From NCBI GenBank assembly GCA_009784185.1, contig WRCD01000005.1, forward strand, positions 1,868 through 65,867: 64,000 nt of DNA, read 5' to 3'. The notes below the pieces were generated by a model. The model searched no databases. It saw only the letters and a program-made list of their open reading frames with translations, and had not been told where the DNA came from. Positions 17,112 to 25,227 of the stretch are shown one piece after another (position 1 is the stretch's first letter; each line of letters starts with the position of its first letter). Source of the stretch: Bacillota bacterium. GTDB lineage: Bacteria > Bacillota > Clostridia > Christensenellales > UBA1242. Both the position numbers and the translations under genes were made by a program.

Positions 17112-18722
17112 TTACACAATAACCTGCATCAGCACAAACTCCACCGCACAAATCCCAAACAATACACCGGCACTTATCATTTTAATCTTTGGCAGCAGCA
17201 AGCAAAACCGGCTTGCCGCAAATATTCCCACATAATAACAGACTGTGCCTATAAACGGCTTCAGGTACAGCTCCGCCACCGCAAACGGCCACTTTGCTAT
17301 CCATGCGGTTATCCAGTCTAAAAGCAGGTAGCCGTAGCTCGGCAGTTTTAAAATGTACGGCATCCACGGCAGAAACCAGCTGGTGAGCAAACACACTATC
17401 AGCATAACCGCAGTAACACAATACACAATTCCAAACAGCGGAACAACCACAAGGTTGGTCAGCAATGTGTAAATAGGAAACGTTCCGAAAAACATAATAA
17501 TCAGCGGAGCGGTACCGATAGTTGCGGCCAGGGTTACAGCAATTGTGCTTGATAAAAACTTAGGCAAAAACCTGAACCAGGACATAAATATAGGCATCAG
17601 TAAAAAGATACAGAACACACTGGCAAACGATAACAAAAACCCAAGATTAAACGCATACAACGGTGCAAACAACAGAATTAATATGCCCGCCAGACTCACA
17701 CTGCTAAGCGGGTCATATTGTTCTCCAAAACAACGCCCGAGCAGAATGAATACCGCCATAAGGCTTGCCCGCAGCACGCTGGGCGACAGTCCGCAAATAA
17801 TGCAGTAAAAGAGCAAAAACGCCGCAACAATTACGGTCTGCCATTTTACGCTTAACTTGCATCTGACTAACAACCACATCAGCATAAGCACAATAAAACC
17901 AACGTGCAGGCCCGATATTGCAATTAAGTGCGCAACTCCCGTGTCCCTAAAGTTGTCACGCATTTCCATGTCTATACCGCTTCTGTCACCAAGCAGCACG
18001 GCTAAAGCAAATCCGCCGTATTTATTGCCCATGCCCTGCCTTAAGATATTGCCAACATAGCCGGTTATCTTTTCAGTAAAATTCTTTTCACCCGCCTCTA
18101 AAAACTTTACATCGGTAAAATGCGCGGTTGCCGCATAAAGCGTATTGTCAGCATACGAAAAGCCGTTTATGCTCCCGTCTTCCTCAAAAACAGGCGTGGA
18201 TTCAATTCGGGATGCAAACCAGATTTTATTGCCTGCCTGCAGTCCGAAAACAGCCGCCTCTTCGGTTGCATTATTTAAAAACACCGTCAGACGCAGTTTT
18301 TCTTTTATATGAGTCTGCTGGAAGTTGTATTCCGCAACAACATCACGCAGGCGGATATACATTACCTTTTCCCGCACAAGCGGAGTGCCGTCTATCACTC
18401 CGGTTATTTCATACATATGCCCTACAGGATATCCGCCCGGCGTAAAACCGGCTTCGGATGTGGCTTTAACTATAAAAAACATAGGCTGAGCAATCAATAT
18501 TACTGCCAGACCCAAAACCAGCACTTTTCCGGCTGCTTTCATCTGTGTTTTAAGCACTGCACTTTTCCATGGCACAAAACAAACAGCAAGTGCAGCCGCA
18601 CCAACTCCTATTACTATTAAAATCACCCACCAGCCTGCTATGCCGGCAAGCCCCGCCGTAAACAGCCCCGCAAGCAGTGCAACAAACACAACCAGCAGCG
18701 GACGGAAATGCGCAAATTTCAT
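17112..18722 (-). CDS. comEC: ComEC/Rec2-family DNA internalisation channel (no C-terminal metallo-beta-lactamase domain evident)
   Basis: LLGDRSGIDMEMRDNFRDTGVAHLIAISGLHVGFIV competence motif, with many TM helices. It is 536 aa, shorter than the full-length ComEC I remember. Confidence 0.8.
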   Translation of the reverse strand: MKFAHFRPLLVVFVALLAGLFTAGLAGIAGWWVILIVIGVGAAALAVCFVPWKSAVLKTQMKAAGKVLVLGLAVILIAQPMFFIVKATSEAGFTPGGYPVGHMYEITGVIDGTPLVREKVMYIRLRDVVAEYNFQQTHIKEKLRLTVFLNNATEEAAVFGLQAGNKIWFASRIESTPVFEEDGSINGFSYADNTLYAATAHFTDVKFLEAGEKNFTEKITGYVGNILRQGMGNKYGGFALAVLLGDRSGIDMEMRDNFRDTGVAHLIAISGLHVGFIVLMLMWLLVRCKLSVKWQTVIVAAFLLFYCIICGLSPSVLRASLMAVFILLGRCFGEQYDPLSSVSLAGILILLFAPLYAFNLGFLLSFASVFCIFLLMPIFMSWFRFLPKFLSSTIAVTLAATIGTAPLIIMFFGTFPIYTLLTNLVVVPLFGIVYCVTAVMLIVCLLTSWFLPWMPYILKLPSYGYLLLDWITAWIAKWPFAVAELYLKPFIGTVCYYVGIFAASRFCLLLPKIKMISAGVLFGICAVEFVLMQVIV

Positions 18723-18786
18723 ATCGAATTATAGCATATATTTGCCAAAAATAGAAAGTGAATAATAGATGATAACTTCGTTTACC

Positions 18787-18871
18787 GTCACTGCGAGACT
18801 GTCCTCGGAGCCAGCAGACGAAGGAGCGTTAGCGACCCACCGTTGTTCCCTGTTACTTGTTCATTGTTCAC
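18787..18871 (+). repeat. Composite repeat: family-C-like end + GGAGCGnnAGCGACC module + heptamer array D1
   Basis: GTCACTGCGAG.., then GGAGCGTTAGCGACC, then GTTGTTC CCTGTTA CTTGTTC ATTGTTC AC. Confidence 0.75.
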
Positions 18872-18906
18872 TTAAAAAGCAGTGATTGTATCACTGCTTT
18901 TTACAA

Positions 18907-19503
18907 TTACGCTTCAAATTTAATCGGTTCTACTACGTCCATGTCGGGCTTATCAGCCGCACGCTTAACTTCCTTAAGCGGACCTCTGCTCAGGCGCTCT
19001 TCCGCAAGCGCAAGCGCCTTGTCCGGAAAAGGAATGGTCTTTGCTTTTATACCGGCCTCGTTTGTTTTGTAATATTCTTTATAGTTTTTTATATAAAGCG
19101 AAGAGGTATCAGTCTTGTAAGGGTCTTCCCCTATAACAAGGTCGCCTCCCGCACTAATAATTTTGGTAAGAGACGTTTTACGCTCTCTCAAAATAAGTGT
19201 AAAACAATATTTTTCAAAAAACTCCTGGCGCTGTTCCATGTCAGATATGTCGTTAATGTCCTTCACGCCATAGTCTTTCAACAGCTCCATTATGCCGCCG
19301 GAAAAGTCAACCGACTCCTGCAGCTGCGGGTCATCTCTATACCTAATCATTGCCGTTATTCTGTTAATATCCTGCGTTAACGAAGCAACCGAACATTCAA
19401 ACTCTCCCCATCGCGCTCCCAACTCGTTGTGCACCACAAGGCTGAGCCCAAGTGATGAATCAACGTAGAACGTTTTTGGTTTTCCTGCTGCTGTTTTTGC
19501 CAT
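18907..19503 (-). CDS. Hypothetical protein (198 aa)
   Basis: ORF with AAGGAAG upstream. No motif recognised. Confidence 0.55.
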   Translation of the reverse strand: MAKTAAGKPKTFYVDSSLGLSLVVHNELGARWGEFECSVASLTQDINRITAMIRYRDDPQLQESVDFSGGIMELLKDYGVKDINDISDMEQRQEFFEKYCFTLILRERKTSLTKIISAGGDLVIGEDPYKTDTSSLYIKNYKEYYKTNEAGIKAKTIPFPDKALALAEERLSRGPLKEVKRAADKPDMDVVEPIKFEA

Positions 19504-19588
19504 TGTTTGTTTCTTCCTTTTTGCAATTAATATAACCCATTATATCCCACTAAGCCCAACAAGTCAATAGGCTTTGTAAAGATTTACG

Positions 19589-20098
19589 CTACCTGATAAA
19601 TGACCGGTTTTTGCGCTTCTGGTTGTGCACTGCATGGTCAAAGGCTACGCAAATTGCACAGGCAACCGGAGGCTCTAACCTGGTTTCATCAATAAACACC
19701 TCGTAGCTGTCGCCCCATGAAATGTATTTCTTTTTTACGTTTACAAGCGACTCGCCCTGCTCGTTAACCACATTAAACTCAAACCCGAACAGCGAACCCG
19801 CAATTTTCAGGTTCTGTTCTCCTACAGTAATTTTAAAGTTTTTGTTAAGCGAAAACTTACGCTTTATCGTTCCAATCTCGCTTCCGTTAGCAAGGTCAAC
19901 AATGCCGTAAGTTCTGAAAAACCTGAACAGCTTTTTCTTAACCTGAATAACATCGGCACCCGCCGCATCAGTTATATTAAGCCTTGGCGGAATCTTAAAC
20001 AGCGAGCCCTTAACCTTATAAACCACCTGCTGATTCTGGTCATAAAAAGTAAGCCTGTCTGCAATTGTAAAAACCTTCTGCTTTAAATACAAAAACAT
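19589..20098 (-). CDS. LURP-one-related / YxjI-family (tubby-like) protein
   Basis: MFLYLKQKVFTIADRLTFYDQNQQVVYKVKGSLF .. KKKYISWGDSYEV fits the YxjI/LOR pattern. I prefer the internal ATG at 20098 over the track start at 20131. Confidence 0.6.
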   Translation of the reverse strand: MFLYLKQKVFTIADRLTFYDQNQQVVYKVKGSLFKIPPRLNITDAAGADVIQVKKKLFRFFRTYGIVDLANGSEIGTIKRKFSLNKNFKITVGEQNLKIAGSLFGFEFNVVNEQGESLVNVKKKYISWGDSYEVFIDETRLEPPVACAICVAFDHAVHNQKRKNRSFIR

Positions 20099-20150
20099 AT
20101 CTCTTTTCTCCTTGTGTTTATTGTACCACATTTATTCGGTTTTACAAAAC

Positions 20151-20182
20151 AAAAAAGAAAGTGCCGAAACACTTTCTTGTGC
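20151..20182 (-). terminator. Terminator after cupin gene
   Basis: On the minus strand: AAGAAAGTG-tttcgg-CACTTTCTTTTTT. Confidence 0.75.
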
Positions 20183-20186
20183 AAGC

Positions 20187-20639
20187 TTAATCTCCGCTTG
20201 CTTCCGCAATTGCTTTTGTTTGATGAATCGTACCCCAAGGATGGTGCGGAGGTGCATAGATAGAATAAATTTTCATGGGCTCTCTTCCCGTGTTTGTTAC
20301 GTTATGCCAGGTTCCGGCAGGAACCAAGATTGCACAGTCATCATAAACGTTTTGCTGGAAAGATAAATTGTCACGGCTGCTGCCCATCTGAACAACGCCT
20401 ATGCCTTTTTCAATTCTAAGAAACTGGTCGGTGTCCGGGTGAACTTCCAGCCCGATATCTTCATTTGGATTAACACTCATAAGCGTGAGCTGTAAATGCT
20501 TGCCCGTCCAAAGAGCTGTGCGATATGTATCATTGGCAAGCGTTGCTTTGTTTATGTCAATGACAAACGGGTTTGGGCCATAATCTGTGCGGGGTTTGCT
20601 TTGCTGTATGTATACCCCGTAATGGTTGTTGTTGTACAT
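20187..20639 (-). CDS. Cupin-domain protein
   Basis: GLEVHPDTDQFLRIEKG ... VPAGTWHNVTNTG gives the two cupin motifs. Confidence 0.75.
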   Translation of the reverse strand: MYNNNHYGVYIQQSKPRTDYGPNPFVIDINKATLANDTYRTALWTGKHLQLTLMSVNPNEDIGLEVHPDTDQFLRIEKGIGVVQMGSSRDNLSFQQNVYDDCAILVPAGTWHNVTNTGREPMKIYSIYAPPHHPWGTIHQTKAIAEASGD

Positions 20640-20778
20640 AATTTCTCCTTTTACATACAGTCAGTTTATGTAAAAAAAATCTTTTTTGTTAAACAACGAG
20701 TTTAGAAATGCAAAAGAAAAAGAAGTGGCAAAAGCAACTTCTAATTTGGATAACGCAGGGTGTGCGTATACCGCTCGA

Positions 20779-20853
20779 TTGGTACCCCCAACGGGACTCG
20801 AACCCGTGTTACCGACGTGAGAGGCCAGCGTACTAACCACTATACTATGAGGG
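20779..20853 (-). tRNA. tRNA-Glu (anticodon CTC)
   Basis: On the minus strand: GCCCTCATAGTATAGTGGTTAGTAC.. with anticodon loop CTCTCAC, T-arm ACGGGTTCGAGTCCCGT, acceptor with two G-U pairs, and CCA. Confidence 0.85.
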
Positions 20854-20959
20854 CAAAGATTAAAATAACAAAGAAGAAATAAGAGTAATGGTAGTATAGC
20901 ATACTACCAGCTGGTTTTCAATCCTTTTTTTTGGAAAACTCAAAAAAACTTTTATGCGT

Positions 20960-21787
20960 TTATTCATCCCTGCAATCATCAAAACCAAAACTTACTTCGG
21001 GCAGCCATTTCATACATGGCTTGTCTAGCGCCCTTGCTTCATTGCTGCTTACGTTTAAAAACTTATTACCCGCTTTCCTTAGGTAAGTAACCTCTAAAAC
21101 ATTGCACATTGGCACATTGCCTATCATTGTGTACAACGCCTGATTTACTCCGTGCACATGAACCACCTGATGCGTTTTGTTAATCCTGTTAAATGCCTCA
21201 ATCATCTGCTCATAATATCCGCCGCGCTTTTTAAGACGCTGAATAACCCAATGCCACTCAACCACAACTTGAGAAAACTTACTTAGTATTTCTTCGGAAA
21301 GCGTGCTGAAAACCGGCCATTCCGCGCCTTCAATATCTATTTTAAGAATCATGTCATTGCGGTCAAAGTTGCCGTCCTTAACCAGCATCTCTTCAAGAGT
21401 AAGCATATTCTTGCCCTTGTTGTTTTCGCCGCAAATTCCAATTTTGAAAAACTTCTTCCGTCCGTCTACCTCGGGATAAGAAATGCTGTAGTCATACATA
21501 AAAACATCCATGTTACGCTTTTCTACATCCACATCCCACGAGGTGTCTTTCCAGATACCAATGCTATATGCCGCCGAATCCTTTTTAAAGTCATCCACCA
21601 TTACATAGCCGCCGTCATGGTCCCTGCCTATGCGCACAAAGCTCTTGCCCTCAGGCGTCTTTGGCACCAGCAGCTTATTAATAGCCTTAGCATGGTCAGC
21701 AAACTTCCACGTCCCCCTAGCTTTACTCCAGGCACTAAAATGCCGGATTCCATTCGTAAGCGTAAATATTCTCATATGTGTTTTCAT
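20960..21787 (-). CDS. FkbM/Methyltransf_21-like protein
   Basis: RIGRDHDGGYVMVDD, AYSIGIWKDTSWD and LKIDIEGAEWPV resemble the FkbM-family signature. GGAG precedes the ATG. Confidence 0.55.
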   Translation of the reverse strand: MKTHMRIFTLTNGIRHFSAWSKARGTWKFADHAKAINKLLVPKTPEGKSFVRIGRDHDGGYVMVDDFKKDSAAYSIGIWKDTSWDVDVEKRNMDVFMYDYSISYPEVDGRKKFFKIGICGENNKGKNMLTLEEMLVKDGNFDRNDMILKIDIEGAEWPVFSTLSEEILSKFSQVVVEWHWVIQRLKKRGGYYEQMIEAFNRINKTHQVVHVHGVNQALYTMIGNVPMCNVLEVTYLRKAGNKFLNVSSNEARALDKPCMKWLPEVSFGFDDCRDE

Positions 21788-21830
21788 ATCATTCTCCTGG
21801 TTGCTTTACGGGAAGTATAGCATTCTGCCC

Positions 21831-21866
21831 AAACAAAAACAAGGCATTACGCCTTGTTTTTGTTTT
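21831..21866. terminator. Bidirectional terminator after the ProRS-like gene
   Basis: AAACAAAAACAAGGC-atta-CGCCTTGTTTTTGTTTT. Confidence 0.75.
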
Positions 21867-23139
21867 ATCTAATTATCTCTCGCAAAATGCTCAGCACCTT
21901 TTCTTTGGACAACTGCTTCTTCTCACCAGTCAGCCTATCTTCATACTCAAGCTTGCCGGTTTCTAAAAAACTTTTTCCAACAATCAGCATTCGTCTTATT
22001 CCATATAACTCATTGTCTTTTATCTTTTCTCCAATCGTTAAGTCTCTATCATCTAAGCAAACCTCCAATCCCTGCGCAACCAGCTCGTTATAAATCTGTG
22101 TTGCCGCATCCAGAGTATCCGATTTAGCAATAATGTTTAATTTAAACGCAGCAACGTTATCTTCCCAAATCAGTTTGCCGTATTTGCGGAGCGAGTTGAC
22201 TACAAGCAAACATAGCATGCGCGACACTCCAAAACCATAACACCCGTTCCAGTAATAGTCTTGCTTGCCCTCCCGGTTTATAAATGTTCCTCCCATCATT
22301 TTGCTGTACACCTGGTCGTTCTGAAATATATGTCCTGCCTCGGTTGCTTTGCGCTTAACAAACTTTGACTTATCTATATCCTTATGTTCACGCAATATCA
22401 GTTCTTTAAGTCCCTCCTCTTCCAGCTCAAAAACCTCGCCGTTTACATATAGCCCCAATTCATCGTTGCAATAAATTGTATCCTGCCCATACTCCTCATC
22501 AAAAAACATAAACTCGCTGGCTATTCTGCCACCCATATCGTTAATTGACTTAATTGCTTTTATACTATCAAATCCCAGTTCTTTAAAAATTTCAAAATAC
22601 GCCACCTTAATTCTATCATAACTCTCAGTCATTTTCTCTCTGCTTTCATCAAAAGAGTAGGCGTCCATCATATTAAATTCTTTGCTTTTTAATAGTCCGC
22701 CTTGCGCCCTCAGTTCGTCTCTAAACTTTGTTCCGATTTGATAATGGCAGAATCCCAAATCCCTATAACTCTGTATATGCCCCTTTAAAAACTCGCAACT
22801 CATTTCCTCGGCAGTTGCGCATATCGAATAGTCGCTGTGCCTGCCCTTTGATACAAACATCGTTCCACTATCCGTGTATTTTTGCCATCTGCCGCTATCT
22901 TCCCAAAACTTCCTTGCCTGCAGAATGGAATATTGTACCTCGGCGCAGCCTGCGTTGTCTAAATGCTTACGAATTATATCCTCCAGTTTACGCTTAGTTT
23001 TAACAAGCAGCGTTCCAAAGCCGTAACAGCCGGCACTAAAGCGTTTTAACTGTCCGCTTTGCAGCAAAAACTCGGAAGCATATACTTCCTCCTTTCCTAT
23101 TGTCTTCCGGGTTTTTAACCCCATATTAGATAATTTCAT
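21865..23139 (-). CDS. proS: Class IIa aminoacyl-tRNA synthetase, bacterial ProRS-like, lacking the INS editing domain
   Basis: Motif 2 region YQIGTKFRDELRAQGGLLKSKEFNMMDAYSF, motif 3 region GCYGFGVSRML, and a C-terminal anticodon-binding fold. Only about 60 aa separate the region after motif 2 from EAGHIF. 424 aa. Confidence 0.7.
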   Translation of the reverse strand: MKLSNMGLKTRKTIGKEEVYASEFLLQSGQLKRFSAGCYGFGTLLVKTKRKLEDIIRKHLDNAGCAEVQYSILQARKFWEDSGRWQKYTDSGTMFVSKGRHSDYSICATAEEMSCEFLKGHIQSYRDLGFCHYQIGTKFRDELRAQGGLLKSKEFNMMDAYSFDESREKMTESYDRIKVAYFEIFKELGFDSIKAIKSINDMGGRIASEFMFFDEEYGQDTIYCNDELGLYVNGEVFELEEEGLKELILREHKDIDKSKFVKRKATEAGHIFQNDQVYSKMMGGTFINREGKQDYYWNGCYGFGVSRMLCLLVVNSLRKYGKLIWEDNVAAFKLNIIAKSDTLDAATQIYNELVAQGLEVCLDDRDLTIGEKIKDNELYGIRRMLIVGKSFLETGKLEYEDRLTGEKKQLSKEKVLSILREIIR

Positions 23140-23164
23140 TTTCTTAATTCTCCTTAATTATTTT

Positions 23165-23197
23165 AAATAAAAACGGCGGCCTGTTATGGCTACCGTT
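23165..23197 (-). terminator. Second leader terminator (segments 3:4)
   Basis: RNA ACGGUAGCC-auaaca-GGCCGCCGU followed by UUUUUAUUU. It lies 25 nt upstream of the AAGGAG of the ProRS-like gene. Confidence 0.55.
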
Positions 23198-23211
23198 AAA
23201 ACCCTTGCTTT

Positions 23212-23249
23212 AAAAACAAAAACGGCAGCCCGGTGTTCCGGGCTGCCGT
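23212..23249 (-). terminator. First leader terminator (segments 1:2)
   Basis: RNA ACGGCAGCCCGG-aaca-CCGGGCUGCCGU, a 12-bp perfect stem, followed by UUUUUGUUUUU. Confidence 0.75.
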
Positions 23250-23283
23250 TTAAAAACTAATTGACACGCACAAAACACACTAT

Positions 23284-23340
23284 CTATTCGGTAGTGGTTG
23301 TAGTGGGGATATTGAAGATGTTACGCACAATTTTTTGCAT
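23284..23340 (-). CDS. Candidate 18-aa leader peptide MQKIVRNIFNIPTTTTTE
   Basis: ATG is preceded by AAAGGAGATATATT (GGAG with 8-nt spacing). It has five consecutive Thr codons ACT ACA ACC ACT ACC, then GAA TAG. It is below the ORF-track size cut-off. Confidence 0.5.
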   Translation of the reverse strand: MQKIVRNIFNIPTTTTTE

Positions 23341-23363
23341 AATATATCTCCTTTAATACTTAT

Positions 23364-23391
23364 ATTATATACCGATTTATATTTTTGTCAA
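23364..23391 (-). promoter_or_regulatory. Near-consensus sigma-70 promoter driving leader + ProRS-like gene
   Basis: On the minus strand: TTGACA, 16-nt spacer, TATAAT. Confidence 0.65.
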
Positions 23392-23424
23392 CGGATTTTA
23401 GAGAAATTAAAACACTTTTTCATA

Positions 23425-23469
23425 TACCCCGTCGGCTCCGCCGCCACCCCTTTATCTTAAAGGGGAATT
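23425..23469 (-). repeat. Family-A repeat (reverse orientation)
   Basis: TACCCCGTCGGCTCCGCCGCCACCCCTTTATCTTAAAGGGGAATT. Confidence 0.85.
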
Positions 23470-23487
23470 TTGGGTGATTTTTTGAGC

Positions 23488-24282
23488 CTACCTAATAATC
23501 CCAACGTAGCTAACCGTTTTTAGCGGAACCGTGATTTTGCCGGCCACGCTATGGCGGATAAACAGGTCGCTTATGGCATTGTAGTATGTTTTATGTTCGC
23601 AGCTGTTAACCGGCGGAACAAACGATGCCGCCATAATCCAGCCCATAAACTGCTCACGCGTAAGCAAAATACTGTTATCAAACAACTTGTACTCAACCTC
23701 ACCGGGCATAAACATCTCGTTAAATTCATCCGGGTTTTTGTAGTCCACGCCTTCGGCAAAGCCCTTAAACTTGGCGCAAAACTGATGATTTATCTCGGCT
23801 ATTTCTTTAAACAGCGCAATATCTGTATCCTGCATATGCCATACAAGCGCCAGCTTGCCGTACGGCTTTAAAATACGCTCTGCTTCAGCCAGAAACGCCT
23901 CCCGGTTAACCAGATGAAACGCCTGCGCCGCCGTTACAATGTCAAACCTGTCTGCCGGCAGATTGGTAAACTCGGCAGCCCCGTCAATTATTTTAAAGCC
24001 CTTTTGCTCCGAAAGATACACGCTTGCCTCAAGCCGCATTGCCGCATTAGGTTCAATACACACCACTTTAAAACCATGATCCAGCAAGCCCTTGCTAAAC
24101 AGCCCGGTACCGGCACCAATGTCTGCCACAACCGTGTTGCCCGCATCGTTTACCTTAGTAAGCAGATATTTAAAAAACGCTGTAGCATACGGCGGTCGGT
24201 ATTTAGCAAACCCCACTGCTTTGTCTGTAAACTTTTCAATGTTTTCTTTGTTTGTACTCAAGCGGCCTCTCCTTAGTATCAT
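23488..24282 (-). CDS. Class I SAM-dependent methyltransferase
   Basis: VADIGAGTGLFSKGLLDHGFKVVCIEPNAAM is the glycine-rich SAM-binding motif I. The likely true start is the TTG at 24261 (MSTNKEN), preceded by AAGGAGAGG. Confidence 0.8.
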   Translation of the reverse strand: MILRRGRLSTNKENIEKFTDKAVGFAKYRPPYATAFFKYLLTKVNDAGNTVVADIGAGTGLFSKGLLDHGFKVVCIEPNAAMRLEASVYLSEQKGFKIIDGAAEFTNLPADRFDIVTAAQAFHLVNREAFLAEAERILKPYGKLALVWHMQDTDIALFKEIAEINHQFCAKFKGFAEGVDYKNPDEFNEMFMPGEVEYKLFDNSILLTREQFMGWIMAASFVPPVNSCEHKTYYNAISDLFIRHSVAGKITVPLKTVSYVGIIR

Positions 24283-24447
24283 TATATTCCCATTTAAAGA
24301 GGGATGTCACCTGGTGACGGGATACAGTGTGCTAATAGTTTCCTCTATTTCACAAGCAATATTACCACAAAACCACGCAAAAGTCAAACTTATACGGAAA
24401 AAACCCGCAAACAAATATCAGATATCAAATGTCAGATATCAGTTGAA

Positions 24448-24575
24448 GGTCGCTGACGCTCCAAAAAGATGTGGCAGCGAAGTGACGGGGGATGTGATTT
24501 GCGAAGGCACCTAACAGACCACGTCAGCTTTGCTAGCCACATCTTTAGTTATTAAGTATTAAGTGCTTTTGGTTT
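24448..24575 (+). repeat. Family-B long hairpin (copy B1) with flanking modules; left arm of ~125-bp inverted repeat
   Basis: GGTCGCTGACGCTCC, then stem AAAGATGTGGCAGCGAAGTGACG, loop GGGGATGTGATTTGCGAAGGCACCTAACAGACC, stem CGTCAGCTTTGCTAGCCACATCTTT, then (ATTAAGT)n. Confidence 0.85.
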
Positions 24576-25205
24576 TACAATTACCTTAATCAGCGCAAAC
24601 AGCAGTGCCGCAAAAACCCCTACAAAAAATGCGCCCAGCATATATGTAACAAAGTCCTGAAACACCGTACATACCGCTACCATAAATATGCCCGTTATCA
24701 GGTTGCCCGCAAGCAGTGCTAATAAAGACTTCCAGAATCCTAAGCCCAGTATCAGCGCAACCAGGCAGCCGGCGTATATCCCGCTAAACGGCAGCGGCAG
24801 CGCAACAAACAGCACCACACCTATTATCTTATAAAAATCTATCATTGCCGGATTATGCTTTTTGCCGGCACGTTCTGCTGCCTTGCCCTCAATCTTGGTT
24901 TTGCTCTTACGCAACTTCTTGTCAAACTCATCAACTGCTTTTCTAAACAGCCTGGTATTGCGCAGCCGGTTCATAATCGGCAATCCTATTAATAGTATCA
25001 CCGGCATAATTACGCATGAACCAAGATACCCCCAAAAAAACGCCGCAAACGGGCTCATGGCATTAGCTCCCCAAATTTCGGCCGACATCCCAAACGGGAT
25101 AGCGGTATGAAACTCCAGCATAGGAAGCGCAGATACAATCATAACCGCAAGCCAGTTAGCCTGCCCGAATACCGAAACCAGAAACTCCGTAACCCACTCA
25201 AACAT
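24552..25205 (-). CDS. Small multidrug export protein family (Sm_multidrug_ex-like) membrane protein
   Basis: LPMLEFHTAIPFGM .. a K-rich loop .. ALPLPFSGIYAGCLVALILG fits the COG2426-type two-half topology. The track start at 25226 is a GTG inside the flanking repeat, so I prefer the ATG at 25205. Confidence 0.65.
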   Translation of the reverse strand: MFEWVTEFLVSVFGQANWLAVMIVSALPMLEFHTAIPFGMSAEIWGANAMSPFAAFFWGYLGSCVIMPVILLIGLPIMNRLRNTRLFRKAVDEFDKKLRKSKTKIEGKAAERAGKKHNPAMIDFYKIIGVVLFVALPLPFSGIYAGCLVALILGLGFWKSLLALLAGNLITGIFMVAVCTVFQDFVTYMLGAFFVGVFAALLFALIKVIVKPKALNT

Positions 25206-25227
25206 GCTGTATTCTATGCGGAGCACT

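Noticed and set aside
23140-23400. T-box leader upstream of the ProRS-like gene.
   Set aside because: There is no specifier-loop architecture, no AGAGA/GNUGGU-type boxes and no conserved T-box sequence. The region is better explained by a leader peptide plus tandem terminators.
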